A stretch of DNA of 63,987 bases from a virus (lineage: Duplodnaviria > Caudoviricetes): positions 1 to 63,987 of the IMG/VR virus record IMGVR_UViG_3300047509_000028. One strand, given 5' to 3'. Below are positions 27,248 through 37,800 of the stretch, piece after piece; position 1 is the first letter of the stretch, and each line of letters starts with the position of its first letter. The notes under the pieces were generated by a model. The model saw only the letters and a program-made list of their open reading frames with translations, had not been told where the DNA came from and searched no databases. The position numbers were made by a program, and so were the translations under genes.

Positions 27248-28666
27248 ATGACTCTACGAATCATATACCAAAGGCTAGCCGGTACGATACTTACCGATAT
27301 ATCGGACGTATCCACGCTGCTTCCTATAGACCTTATTACGTTAGCTGCTATAGAAGATGCAGTAAACTTTGGCGCAGGGGAATGGACTTACCTTACGATA
27401 AGTAACGGTAGCGGTTCGTACGTGGAAGAAGTAAAAGTTACGGGTACTAGCGGGAATAACTTAGTTATAGTACGGGGTAGAAGCGGGTCTACGCCTAGAG
27501 CGTTTACCGCTATAGACGCATACGTTACGAATGTAACGGGCGAAGATGCAATCAAAGATATCATAACGCAGTTTGCAACGCCGCCGGTAACTACAGTATC
27601 GGCCACAGGCGCAGCTACTAGCGCCTTAGTCGGAAATAACTATAATATATATGTACCAATACCGGAAATAACCGGCAGCGACGGGATAGACGTTACGGGA
27701 TCATGGCCTAGATACAATATAGCTTTTGTAGGTATCGGTGGTGGATGTTGCGCAGGGTGCGGGGGCGGAAGCGGGGGTGGTGGCGGGATAGATACACTAG
27801 ATATTACTAGTGATATACTACAAGGCAGTATTTTAGCTAATGTATTGCGCCTCTCGTTGCAAACTCCCGCGTTTACGGGCGCAGTTGGTATTACCGTAAC
27901 AGGCACCTATCCTAACTTTACTATTACGGGTAGCGCAGCGGGTACAGGTACGGTAACTTCTGTTGCCGCTGGTACGGGTATTACTGTAACGGGTGCGCCT
28001 GCAATAAATCCTACGGTAGCTATAACTAATACTGGTGTGACAGCAGGTAACTACGCAGGGTTAGTAATCAATGCACAAGGGCAGATAGTTACAGTACCCG
28101 CTGGGTTTAATCCGCTTAGCAATATAACCGCAGATGAAGGGATAAGCGTAGTTATAACAGGCGGTGTCGCGGCCCTTACAGTAGCTGATGCAGCAGTAGG
28201 CGTCGATGGTATCGTAGCTCTAGCAGATAGTGGATCGCCGCTTGACCCCACAGATGATGCAACGGCAACAACGCCTAAAGTAGTAGCTGCTGCTATAGCA
28301 GCCGCCGCGACTGGCGGCACACAAGGCAATGGTACGTCTACAGGCGAGGCAGATGCTAGTTACACAAACACACTAGGGGCTACTAATCTCGCTATTACCT
28401 TAGCGGCGGGTAAAAAATTAGCCTTATTCGCGGAATGCGAAATGTTAGATGGTGGAGCGCCGTTAACTCCGGTAGCTTTTGGTTTAGCTATTTTTGCCGC
28501 AACAGGCCCGGTAGCTGTGTATAAAGGAAAGAAAGCCACGCAAAGTAAGCAGACTATAGCAACAGTTATAGTAGGCCCATTAACCGATACAATAGCGTTA
28601 GTAACGACCGCAGTACCGGGCGGCTCTACAATCTTTTCATCATCCTTAATAGCGATTCCCCTCTAA
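27248..28666 (+). CDS. tail fibre-like protein, adaptor-domain paralog 4
   Basis: GEWTYL...EEVKV...VRGRSGS; GGGCCAGCGGG linker; GTVTSV.AGTGI and GVTAG.Y....INAQGQI fibre repeats. Confidence 0.7.
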   Translation: MTLRIIYQRLAGTILTDISDVSTLLPIDLITLAAIEDAVNFGAGEWTYLTISNGSGSYVEEVKVTGTSGNNLVIVRGRSGSTPRAFTAIDAYVTNVTGEDAIKDIITQFATPPVTTVSATGAATSALVGNNYNIYVPIPEITGSDGIDVTGSWPRYNIAFVGIGGGCCAGCGGGSGGGGGIDTLDITSDILQGSILANVLRLSLQTPAFTGAVGITVTGTYPNFTITGSAAGTGTVTSVAAGTGITVTGAPAINPTVAITNTGVTAGNYAGLVINAQGQIVTVPAGFNPLSNITADEGISVVITGGVAALTVADAAVGVDGIVALADSGSPLDPTDDATATTPKVVAAAIAAAATGGTQGNGTSTGEADASYTNTLGATNLAITLAAGKKLALFAECEMLDGGAPLTPVAFGLAIFAATGPVAVYKGKKATQSKQTIATVIVGPLTDTIALVTTAVPGGSTIFSSSLIAIPL

Positions 28667-30903
28667 TGCCTAGCATACGCCTAACTAAATTCGGCGGCAT
28701 CAATACCGAAATTGCTGCTAGAAATAGCGGTAAAGAGGTCGCGCAGATAGCGCATAACTGCCTGTTATGGGATGGCTCACTACGCCCGTTAGCGCAGTGG
28801 AGAAACTTAAACGTCGTAGGATATGACTGCCGTAGCGTACATATAGACACGGATGATGTAACTATAAAATTAAACTCGTTGGAAGATGCGGCATTTCTGA
28901 CATCTGAAGTCTTTGCTAAGTCTACCGTCGTGGGACTTGCAGCAGATAAGTTTCAGTCGTATCAATCGAATATAGGCTATACTAATGATTTAAACCCCGC
29001 GAATACCGCCTACGAAGTGAGCGTGCCGCAACCCATATTAAGCAACGCTAGTACGGTGACATATACGCCAGAATACATTTCCAAGAAAGCGGTAAATAGG
29101 CTGTATGCGGTATCTACGTTACGCTATAACGGTAGCGGGTATGAAGAATCGCCACTTACTTTGATACCTAACCAAAGTTCGCAAACAGTAGTTTATGAAG
29201 GCGATTTAGCTAATATCCATATTGTATTGGCAGATGCGAGATTACACGAACGCAGTAAGATGCGACTGTATCGCTCTATATCCGCAATGGATACCGCTTC
29301 CGGCATAGTAAACGAACTAGATACTGAGTGGTTTTTAGTAACCGAACTAGGTACTATAGGCAACGGGTTAACTGGCACGTACGACTATTTCGACGGCGGT
29401 AGCGCTACAAGTTTGTCAATGGATGTGCACTTAGCAGATCGGCACAATCCGCCTGCGCCATACACGTATACAGCTTTAACCGTAGCAGAGGGCGGCTGGG
29501 TTGCTGCGGCTACGGCGGATGGTAAGATAGCTGTATCAGAACGGTATCAGTATCATGGCTGGCCTAGCGAGAACTATGCGAGTATTCCAGAGACGGTAAC
29601 AGACCTTGTAGCGCACTACGATACGCTTTACGTAGGTACGAAGAATCGACCGTACGCGGTATCGCTGGCTAATGGCGAAGCGTTAGGTTTACAGATGGGG
29701 GTTATTCCGTTCACAGCTAGTTACGAATGTTTGGCAGATACAATGGATGTTACTACAAACGGCGCGATGTACGCGACGAATGCGGGGGTTATATCCTTAT
29801 CGAAGCAGGGTATGGAGTTAGTTACTTCTGGCGTAGCGAGTGGCGTACGGCCACTGTACTGCGCTCAATACGCGGATAATACGACGGTAATGCAGCCCCC
29901 GGAGCAGGCTGTGATTGTAGGGTCTACGTTGGGCGGAACGCTAGCAGCAGCCACCCACTACTACGTAGTTACGGCAAAGAACGGCGCTGGGGAAACTAAG
30001 GTATCAAACGAACGTTCGGTAGTAAATACAGGTAGTACGTCCAGTAACAGGATATCATGGGAGCATGTAAAAGATGCTACCTTTATGCGCATATACCGAG
30101 GAACTGCGCCGGGGGCGGAGAACGTATACTATGAAATCGCTAACGATAGCGCTAGTACTGACGTATTTCTTGATACGGGGGCTACTGCGATCAACGGAAC
30201 CCCGCCAAACACTAACACGGCAATAGAACCTACCGAAAAATGTACGGAATTGCATTTTAGGGATACAGACCACGGAGCCTATTTTAACGGTAAGTATTTT
30301 GGGTTTGCGCAATTACCGCGCGATGATGGCTTAAGAATGGACTTAGGATACCTATTCGATACTGGTAGTACGCTAGACGGAGAACATCCGCTGCAAAAGT
30401 TGATTACGTTCGATGGGCCGCCGGGGAAGGTTATATCGCATACAACTAGCAGCAGTGGACTAGACGTACTTATAGGTATCCCGAATCCAGATATACTCGT
30501 AGACGCAGACATAAAGAATTCTGTGCACTCTATGCCGTTCCCGAACACGAAAGAAGGTGGTACGTACGATTTAGCGCCTAAAATGTGTTACCGCTGGAAG
30601 TCTAAGAAATTCGTATTTCCGGGCAATATGTGCATGTCGGCAGCTAAAGTAGTACATGACTGCAATGGGCACGTAAGGATTAAGTTCTACGTAGATTGCT
30701 GCTGTCGGTATGAAGTACTAGTTAAAGATTGCAAACCGTTTCGGCTTCCCGACAGTATGCAGGGAGTGGAGTGGGAAGTAGAAGTTATAGGCACTGCGAC
30801 GGTGCACGAAATTCATGTAGCTAGTTCCTTAAGAGAGTTAATCGAACACGACAGGTACGCAGACAGGGGATCGGGTATCATCGGTACACTAGGCGAACAA
30901 TAG
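28666..30903 (+). CDS. tail nozzle/stabilization-like protein with an inserted domain
   Basis: KFGGI...AQIAHNC.L.DG.LRP start, SE.YQ.HGWP, YRWKSKKF motifs of podovirus tail proteins. Confidence 0.7.
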   Translation: MPSIRLTKFGGINTEIAARNSGKEVAQIAHNCLLWDGSLRPLAQWRNLNVVGYDCRSVHIDTDDVTIKLNSLEDAAFLTSEVFAKSTVVGLAADKFQSYQSNIGYTNDLNPANTAYEVSVPQPILSNASTVTYTPEYISKKAVNRLYAVSTLRYNGSGYEESPLTLIPNQSSQTVVYEGDLANIHIVLADARLHERSKMRLYRSISAMDTASGIVNELDTEWFLVTELGTIGNGLTGTYDYFDGGSATSLSMDVHLADRHNPPAPYTYTALTVAEGGWVAAATADGKIAVSERYQYHGWPSENYASIPETVTDLVAHYDTLYVGTKNRPYAVSLANGEALGLQMGVIPFTASYECLADTMDVTTNGAMYATNAGVISLSKQGMELVTSGVASGVRPLYCAQYADNTTVMQPPEQAVIVGSTLGGTLAAATHYYVVTAKNGAGETKVSNERSVVNTGSTSSNRISWEHVKDATFMRIYRGTAPGAENVYYEIANDSASTDVFLDTGATAINGTPPNTNTAIEPTEKCTELHFRDTDHGAYFNGKYFGFAQLPRDDGLRMDLGYLFDTGSTLDGEHPLQKLITFDGPPGKVISHTTSSSGLDVLIGIPNPDILVDADIKNSVHSMPFPNTKEGGTYDLAPKMCYRWKSKKFVFPGNMCMSAAKVVHDCNGHVRIKFYVDCCCRYEVLVKDCKPFRLPDSMQGVEWEVEVIGTATVHEIHVASSLRELIEHDRYADRGSGIIGTLGEQ

Positions 30904-30911
30904 GGAGTCGT

Positions 30912-31409
30912 ATGAGTAGCGTATTAAAGACACAGAAACAAGTGGATGAAAATTTAACCGCCATATTTCGTAAGAGGTTTGAATTAGACTCAGAGCAAAA
31001 TAAGGATAATCCGGGCTACCAAGCATGGGGTCTAGAAGCGATAGAAGTGGCTCTCGCTATGGCGAATATGGTTTTAGCTATTAAGCGTCCTGATTCCGGT
31101 AGAGGTTTTAGGATGGCTAAAGACCTTACTTACGGGCTTAATGCTAATAACTTTTGGGTAAAAAATGCTCCTGTACTAATGCCGCTAGTAACTACTATGC
31201 TTAACGCACACGCAGACGAATTAAATATAGCGATGGATGTAGCTACTTACCGAGAGTATTCTGGATATGATGCGTTACTAAGCTCTACAAAGTGTGCCTC
31301 ACTTGAGCTATTCTCTATGATCCTGTACCTTGTAGGTGGCCCATTGCTGATGGCGGTTTCGTCAACACCGCTTAAGTTAGACTTAATGCCTTACTTCGTG
31401 AGTGTATAA
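30912..31409 (+). CDS. hypothetical protein
   Basis: GGGAG RBS; in the operon. Confidence 0.65.
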   Translation: MSSVLKTQKQVDENLTAIFRKRFELDSEQNKDNPGYQAWGLEAIEVALAMANMVLAIKRPDSGRGFRMAKDLTYGLNANNFWVKNAPVLMPLVTTMLNAHADELNIAMDVATYREYSGYDALLSSTKCASLELFSMILYLVGGPLLMAVSSTPLKLDLMPYFVSV

Positions 31410-32206
31410 TGTCCGCAGTATTCGGCCAGCAGATTGATTTAGTAGAAATAGCCACGCAGGCTATCGAAGCTGCGGCTGGCATAGGGGCGCTAATACAAGG
31501 GCTTAAACTTGTAGAGTTGTCGCGCAAGTACTATGATCTATACAACGCACAACGGCATTTTTACTATAACGTATTTCAGAATGGCGTAGAAACTCCGTTA
31601 TTAGCGGACGTATACGCTAAGCCGATTTACGTTATAGATTACGCAGGGCGTGCGGCAACAGCCTACAACGCTCTTACAGGCCCATTCGGCGGTAAAGCCA
31701 CAGATACGTTAGGCTGGTGGACACGGCACGCGAATATGTATGCGTTTGCCCCTGACCCGCTAATTACGGAAATGCCGATAGACTTAGCTGCATTACAGTC
31801 CGATTGGACGAATTACCTATTCCGCTTTGAAGAACTGTGGGCGGATATAAGAAATGATGAGCGCTGGGCTAGACGGCTTGCGATACACAATATCGGTATC
31901 AAACAGGGCGCAGAAATCTCTACGGCGTTGGATAGCGCACTTGGGCAGTACCAAGACAACATACAAGACATGAGTAATCAGTTAGCTACGTACGGAAATG
32001 GGGTTGCTAAATACGCTGGATACAAACGCAGCTTATCCGATATGCGGGAGGAATTTTCGCATGGTACGTCGTATCAGAGGAATATATCTCCTGCGAATAA
32101 TACTCCGTCTGTAGATACGATAGGTGGCGGGTATTCCCCGCCAACGACTCCGCAGAGTCCGTTTATAGGCTCGCCAGTGCGCAATAATCTGGTAGGTATA
32201 CAATGA
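31409..32206 (+). CDS. putative internal virion/ejection protein, paralog A
   Basis: Helical; shares motifs with the next ORF. Confidence 0.6.
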   Translation: MSAVFGQQIDLVEIATQAIEAAAGIGALIQGLKLVELSRKYYDLYNAQRHFYYNVFQNGVETPLLADVYAKPIYVIDYAGRAATAYNALTGPFGGKATDTLGWWTRHANMYAFAPDPLITEMPIDLAALQSDWTNYLFRFEELWADIRNDERWARRLAIHNIGIKQGAEISTALDSALGQYQDNIQDMSNQLATYGNGVAKYAGYKRSLSDMREEFSHGTSYQRNISPANNTPSVDTIGGGYSPPTTPQSPFIGSPVRNNLVGIQ

Positions 32207-32970
32207 CTGACTACATGAGTCCCGGCATGACGCCAGTACAGAATCAGCCTTTGGCCGGTAGGGACGGCATGAATGCGGCGTTTGAGAGTACCGATAAAGG
32301 CGGAATGCGGGGTATTGCTTTGCTAGCTATGGCGATTGCAGAGTACGAGCTTAAGCAAAAAGCAATTAACCTAGCTAAAGATTACTACAACGTCAATAAA
32401 CAGGATTACGATTACGTAGCGTCGCATCACCAACCTGCGATGCGGCAAACAGCTATAGAAGCGTTCGGCCCAAGTAATCCATATTACGCTTATGATCTTC
32501 CTGCGTCCGTCGCAGCGGGTATGGCAAAGTCCAATATCATCGACAAGCAGTGGCACGAAGCACGTCGAAGAATGTCGAAGTATAATGTAGGACAGATGCG
32601 CCGACTAGACTACGAAATGGCAATAGCAAAAACCCACGCAGTCATGGGCGGCTGGAATGCAGGTATACGTTACGAACTCGCTTGGGCAGATGAACATAAT
32701 AACCGTACGTATAATCGTAAGTTGTCAATAGCGAATATTGGTATAGGTTTCGGTAATATCGTACGCGCGGGACTGGCGGCTTCCGTACAGAAACTTGCCG
32801 CATCCTATGACAATATAGGCGATACGATTGCTTCGATAGGCAATGGTATGCAGGAGCGCGCCGGGTACCAAGAAGCGCGCAAAGATATACGTAAGCTATT
32901 TAATCCTGCCAAAGTAAGCCAAACCAGCCAACCGAATAAGTTAGTGCAGAATGAGAGGACTCCGATATGA
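32203..32970 (+). CDS. putative internal virion/ejection protein, paralog B
   Basis: RYELAWAD..N...RKL.IANIGI compared with RFEELWAD..N...RRLAIHNIGI in paralog A. Confidence 0.6.
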   Translation: MTDYMSPGMTPVQNQPLAGRDGMNAAFESTDKGGMRGIALLAMAIAEYELKQKAINLAKDYYNVNKQDYDYVASHHQPAMRQTAIEAFGPSNPYYAYDLPASVAAGMAKSNIIDKQWHEARRRMSKYNVGQMRRLDYEMAIAKTHAVMGGWNAGIRYELAWADEHNNRTYNRKLSIANIGIGFGNIVRAGLAASVQKLAASYDNIGDTIASIGNGMQERAGYQEARKDIRKLFNPAKVSQTSQPNKLVQNERTPI

Positions 32971-33812
32971 GACAGGTCTATTTCGATCCGTTCGGTAAAT
33001 ACACGGAAGGCTATGATGCTGGGGCAAGCCGCCAGCTACAGACCGAGAAAGACGTGCGCGATGCGCGGCAGCAGGACTATACGTATAACGTAACGAACCC
33101 GCTGAATACCCAAGTATTAAAGAATGAAGCAGATTTATCTACGTATGCGCTACCGCTTAGGGAACGTAATGCGGGGTACTTGGTAGACCAGGAACAGGCA
33201 AAAGCGAATGAGGCTCAACAGGGCGTCGCTAATGAATATGGTAACTTAACTAATAGTATGTACTTCCCCCTGCACCAATTTGCTGCGAACACAGGTATGC
33301 GTATTTCGACGAACGGCGATGGTACATGGGCTATTCACGACCGCAATAATAACATTATAGCCCCTAATGTGTCTGAGCAGAATATACACGATTATCTGAA
33401 CAGAGACTATAACTTAAAAGCCGGTTCGACTCAGGCAGCAAACGCTAGAGATTACGGACAAGCAGACTATTTTAGCGGTAGGAACGCAACACAGCAAGGT
33501 GTAGCGAATACTAGAGCGGATGCTTCTATGTACGGCGCAGATACGCGCGCCGCTGCGCGTGCTGGTGGGTATAGCCCGTTTGATCCATTTGGTATAGGCC
33601 GTATTCAAGGTACGAATGGGCAACCCGACTATACGAATCCCGGCAGTATTTTACCCGCACCCCCTGCGCGACAGCCACAGCCGCAGACACAGCCGCAGGC
33701 ACAGCCGCAGACAGATCAGTACGGTATTCCGCCTATGTCAAGCGTAACAGGCTACGGCGTAGATGGGGATATAGCGGCAAGAAGGACGAAGCTACCCGCC
33801 GGGAATATCTAA
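32967..33812 (+). CDS. putative internal virion protein
   Basis: Gln/Asn/Ala-rich; coupled stop-start. Confidence 0.6.
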   Translation: MRQVYFDPFGKYTEGYDAGASRQLQTEKDVRDARQQDYTYNVTNPLNTQVLKNEADLSTYALPLRERNAGYLVDQEQAKANEAQQGVANEYGNLTNSMYFPLHQFAANTGMRISTNGDGTWAIHDRNNNIIAPNVSEQNIHDYLNRDYNLKAGSTQAANARDYGQADYFSGRNATQQGVANTRADASMYGADTRAAARAGGYSPFDPFGIGRIQGTNGQPDYTNPGSILPAPPARQPQPQTQPQAQPQTDQYGIPPMSSVTGYGVDGDIAARRTKLPAGNI

Positions 33813-34495
33813 TGCCTAGTCTTACTGATATCTACAATATCACTCCCGATATTACGCAGTTAGCGTCAGGTGCGGATGATCTTACGGGTACGTCGCAGGT
33901 AGAGAATTCGTTACAGCTACCTACCGATTACTTACAAGATAACCATGACGCATTGCTGAGTGCGGCAAAACAACGTATAGGTCGTATGTCGCCTATTTAC
34001 GCGCAGAAGAATCAGATAGCACCCCCACAACCCCAGCAGAACTTTCAGGAATCGCCCGTACCACCAGTACACCCAAATGGGCAAGTAAATCCAGACTTCA
34101 TTACGCAGTTAATGAAGAACCATGAATCGAAGGGTAGTTACACAGTAAAGAATCCAGACCCGAATAGTACCGCATCTGGCGCGTACCAGTATACAGACGC
34201 CACATGGAACGGATACGGCGGGTATACGAAAGCAATGTTAGCTCCGCCAGCAGTGCAGGATCAGAAATTTCGGGAAGATATAGCAAATAGAATACTGCAC
34301 TATAACGGCAATCCGTTTAAAGTAATTGCAGCGCATTATCAGCCTATGCGTGCCGACCATCCCGAAACATGGAACGAACCAGTGAAAGGTAATCGCGGCA
34401 AGCAATCGCAATCCGTTGCATCCTATGTAGCGCAAACCGTACATGGTACGCCGTTAGAACAAGCGTTTCAGACGTATATGAGGAATCCGCAATGA
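33812..34495 (+). CDS. virion-associated lytic transglycosylase
   Basis: HES.G.Y...NP..STASGAYQY...TW..YGG....A..AP..VQD motif. Confidence 0.8.
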   Translation: MPSLTDIYNITPDITQLASGADDLTGTSQVENSLQLPTDYLQDNHDALLSAAKQRIGRMSPIYAQKNQIAPPQPQQNFQESPVPPVHPNGQVNPDFITQLMKNHESKGSYTVKNPDPNSTASGAYQYTDATWNGYGGYTKAMLAPPAVQDQKFREDIANRILHYNGNPFKVIAAHYQPMRADHPETWNEPVKGNRGKQSQSVASYVAQTVHGTPLEQAFQTYMRNPQ

Positions 34496-34830
34496 GTATT
34501 CTTAGAAGTAATAACAAACTAAACATTGCAACCCAGCAGAGTTTAGCAGAATACGGTATTGCGCGCGAAGAAGCAGTGAAAGGCTCCAAGAAAATCAAAG
34601 GCTCTGAGCCTAAGTATTTCATTATGGAGCGCGAAGGAAAGGATTATAACCTCAGTTTTCCGGCTAACCTAGAATCTCTACCCACCAGTAAGGGGCAGAG
34701 TTTAGCCATCGTAGCGCCGGATAATGAGGCATTCGACTTACTCGCGCCAAAGAACTTTTCAGAGAAGTTGTCTTTTAAAGATACGAAAAGCATCCGTAAA
34801 TACCTTAGCAGACTATTGGATACCCTGTAA
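34492..34830 (+). CDS. hypothetical protein
   Basis: ATGA/TAATG coupling on both sides. Confidence 0.6.
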   Translation: MSILRSNNKLNIATQQSLAEYGIAREEAVKGSKKIKGSEPKYFIMEREGKDYNLSFPANLESLPTSKGQSLAIVAPDNEAFDLLAPKNFSEKLSFKDTKSIRKYLSRLLDTL

Positions 34831-37800
34831 TGGACGGATCAGGATATAACTTACCTAGCAGCCCGTACGTACCGCCGAGTAACGTACCGGCGTTGCCGCC
34901 TGCGTACCAGCCGCGTAACTTTGATGCGCCTCCGGGGTATACGCCACAACCGGCGCAGACGTACGATCCACAGGCAGATATACAGCGGCTAGGTTTAGGC
35001 AAACCGCCTGAGCAGATGAACTTCGATCCTGCGTTAGACGGGTCGGGAAACTACAATGTGCGGGATGAAAGCCATCCAGATTCTATCTACGCTAAGCATT
35101 TAGCGAATGGCGGCCAACCACCAGATACAATAAACGACTGGTACGCTAAAGCCAAAGCGATGAAAGGGTCGGATTTAGACGACAAAGAACAAGACGCACT
35201 AGCGGGTAATTATAGGAATCAACTAGAGAAGTTTTACTTAGACCGTGGCGCTAAACCAGCGTTTATTAAAGGGACTTTATCACTGTTCGATAAAGGCTTA
35301 CCCGCATGGAAGAAGTCGGTTACGCCCGCAGAGGCTACGGCTACCAAAAATACAGATAGCCCATTAACTACATTCGGCTACGAAGCGGAAAACAAAACTG
35401 TATACGGAATACCCTCCGATCTAGCGCAGATAGCTTCTGGTGGGGCAGAGTTAGCTGAAAAAACGGTGAATGCTCCGGCTAGATACGGTACTGAACTTTA
35501 TAACTACTTCACTGGGGGTAATCGCGTAGCTCCGCAAACACATGCGATATCTGACATTCTAGGCAATATAGCGAATCCGGCGTTAGGCGGAGCAGGGGCT
35601 AGCGCACAAGATTACGCTACGCAGCAAACTAAAGCTGTAATGGGCGCAAACTATAACGATCCGCAGTACGCTAAATTGCGGGCAGACCTAACTGCGCAGA
35701 ATATGGCGAAAGCTACAGGTACGCAGGCTCCCGCGATAGCGGGCGGGGCCGGATTACCAGCGGGGTATGCTCCTACTAATACGCCGTTACCCGAGCGGTC
35801 TTTAGGTAACATAGAAGAATTGACTAGAGAAAGAAACGCAGCGACGAATCCTATATCGTCTGCGGGTGGTGATCTAGCAGGTACGTTAGCCGAGATATTC
35901 CTAACGCGGAAAATACCCGCGCTAAAAGGAATGAATCCGTCTACGTACTGGAAAATAGTAGCGCCGTTATTAGCGGCACAGACGGGAACTGAAACGGCTA
36001 GAGAGCAAGTGGGTACGCCGCAAGGTGTTAGTATGGGGCAGTTAGCGGCAGACTACCCTGTAGATACCGCTATGAATCTAGCGGGAACGCATCTACCAGT
36101 TAAGAGCGGTACGATACGCGCATTATCAGGTGCGGGCATAGGTGCTGTTGAGTCTGCGGTGAGAGGACTTATAGATAAAGCAGTAAATCCAGATCAGAAT
36201 ACCGGCTCCCCATATGCAGGAATGGGGCCGCAAGCTACGTTAATGGCGATCATGGCGGCTTTGTCTAAGGCTCCCATAGGAGGGGCGAAGCCGCTGAAAG
36301 GCGGTAAAACTGATACCACGCAAACTACGAATACCGTAACGCCCCCGCCAGCAGGCGGCGCAGGTGGTACAGTAGAACCACAAGCTGCGCAGCCCGCAGC
36401 AGGCTTACCTACGTCCATTACGGAAGCACCGGGAGCGGGCATAGCGGGTAAGGCGTACACAGACTTAGAAGATACGTCGATAGACAAAACTGCAAAGCGT
36501 GAAGCTGCAATTAAGAAAACATTAGGCGCAGCGAAGGCAACCCCACAAGGCGTTATTCATGCAGCAGCTACGCTTGCGCAGAAGTACGCAGGCGAAACAT
36601 GGGCGGATATGTCCGCAGAGCAACGCGCTAACTTAACGGCTACCGTAGCGCAAAAGATACATGGAGCAGGCGAAGCATCACCGCCTATTTATGCAGTCGA
36701 AGGGACACAGGAAGCAATTAACGCAATACGTGATGCAGCAAAACCCGCACCAGCGCCAGCACCGACAGCCCCAGCCGGGGGCGAAACCGCGATGCCTGCG
36801 GACGTGGCGGCGGCGGTGGGCGGTACTCAGGTTCCCGGCACAGTCGAACCGGCTCCTGCGAGCGCTGGCGAAGCTCCTGCGGCCCCTGCGCCGGTCGATC
36901 CCGGCACGGCGGAAGCCCTGCGCGCGTTACCCCATGTAGACCCGAACGCGAAAGATAGTAATGGGCCAGTAGCAAAGAAATATGCTCCGCAGATTGCCGC
37001 ATTAGGGCATGATCCTAGCCAGATATCAAAAGCGCAAGCGGGTTATATCTTAGGGCATTCGTTAACCGCTGAACAGTTACAGGGTGTGCTGCACACTCCG
37101 GGGGAAGCACCGGGACAGGCCGCACCTGCACATGTGGCAGACGAGATACATAGCGTATTAAATGATGCGAACAATGAACCTACTACGGTAAAAGGACAGG
37201 GCGATAAGTTAGCTAAGACGGTCGCTAAGATAAAAGCGGCGCAGAATAAGCAGGCAGCTAGAACGACACAACAAGCGGTCAACCCGCTAACAGCACGTCC
37301 AGAACCTATCGTCTTGCCCCCCGGCCCGGATGCCGAACGTACTAACGTCGGCGGTAGTACAGCTAGGAAAGGAACGAAAGCGCAGCTTGCGAGGCAGGAA
37401 GCGATTAACAAGGCGGCGGATGCAGCGGATGCCGCCGAGAAGTTTAAGCCTATAGCGCAGCAGTATTTCCAGAATTTCACGGAGAACCTGAATAGGGGTA
37501 ACTTACCGTACTTCCAAGAATTACGAACACGCTGGCGGAAAGGAGAATTTAATTCGCCGGATCAACGCGAACAACAGCTTCAAGATGCGTTTAAGCAGGA
37601 ACAAGAAATAGCATCTAAGCCTTTAGTTAAGACGAAGCCTAGTAACGTACTGACGACGAAACAAGCGCATGGCGGCTTACTTACCAAGAAAGGTGTCACT
37701 GCGTCCGAAGCACCGAAGCCCGCAGATACCAGCCCGAAAATGTCTGACTTGCTCGCAAAGAAGGGTAAAGGGTTAACTAAGAGCGATTCTGAGACAATCG

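Noticed and set aside
33670-33715. CAGCCGCAG tandem repeats
   Set aside because: They simply encode a QPQ low-complexity linker
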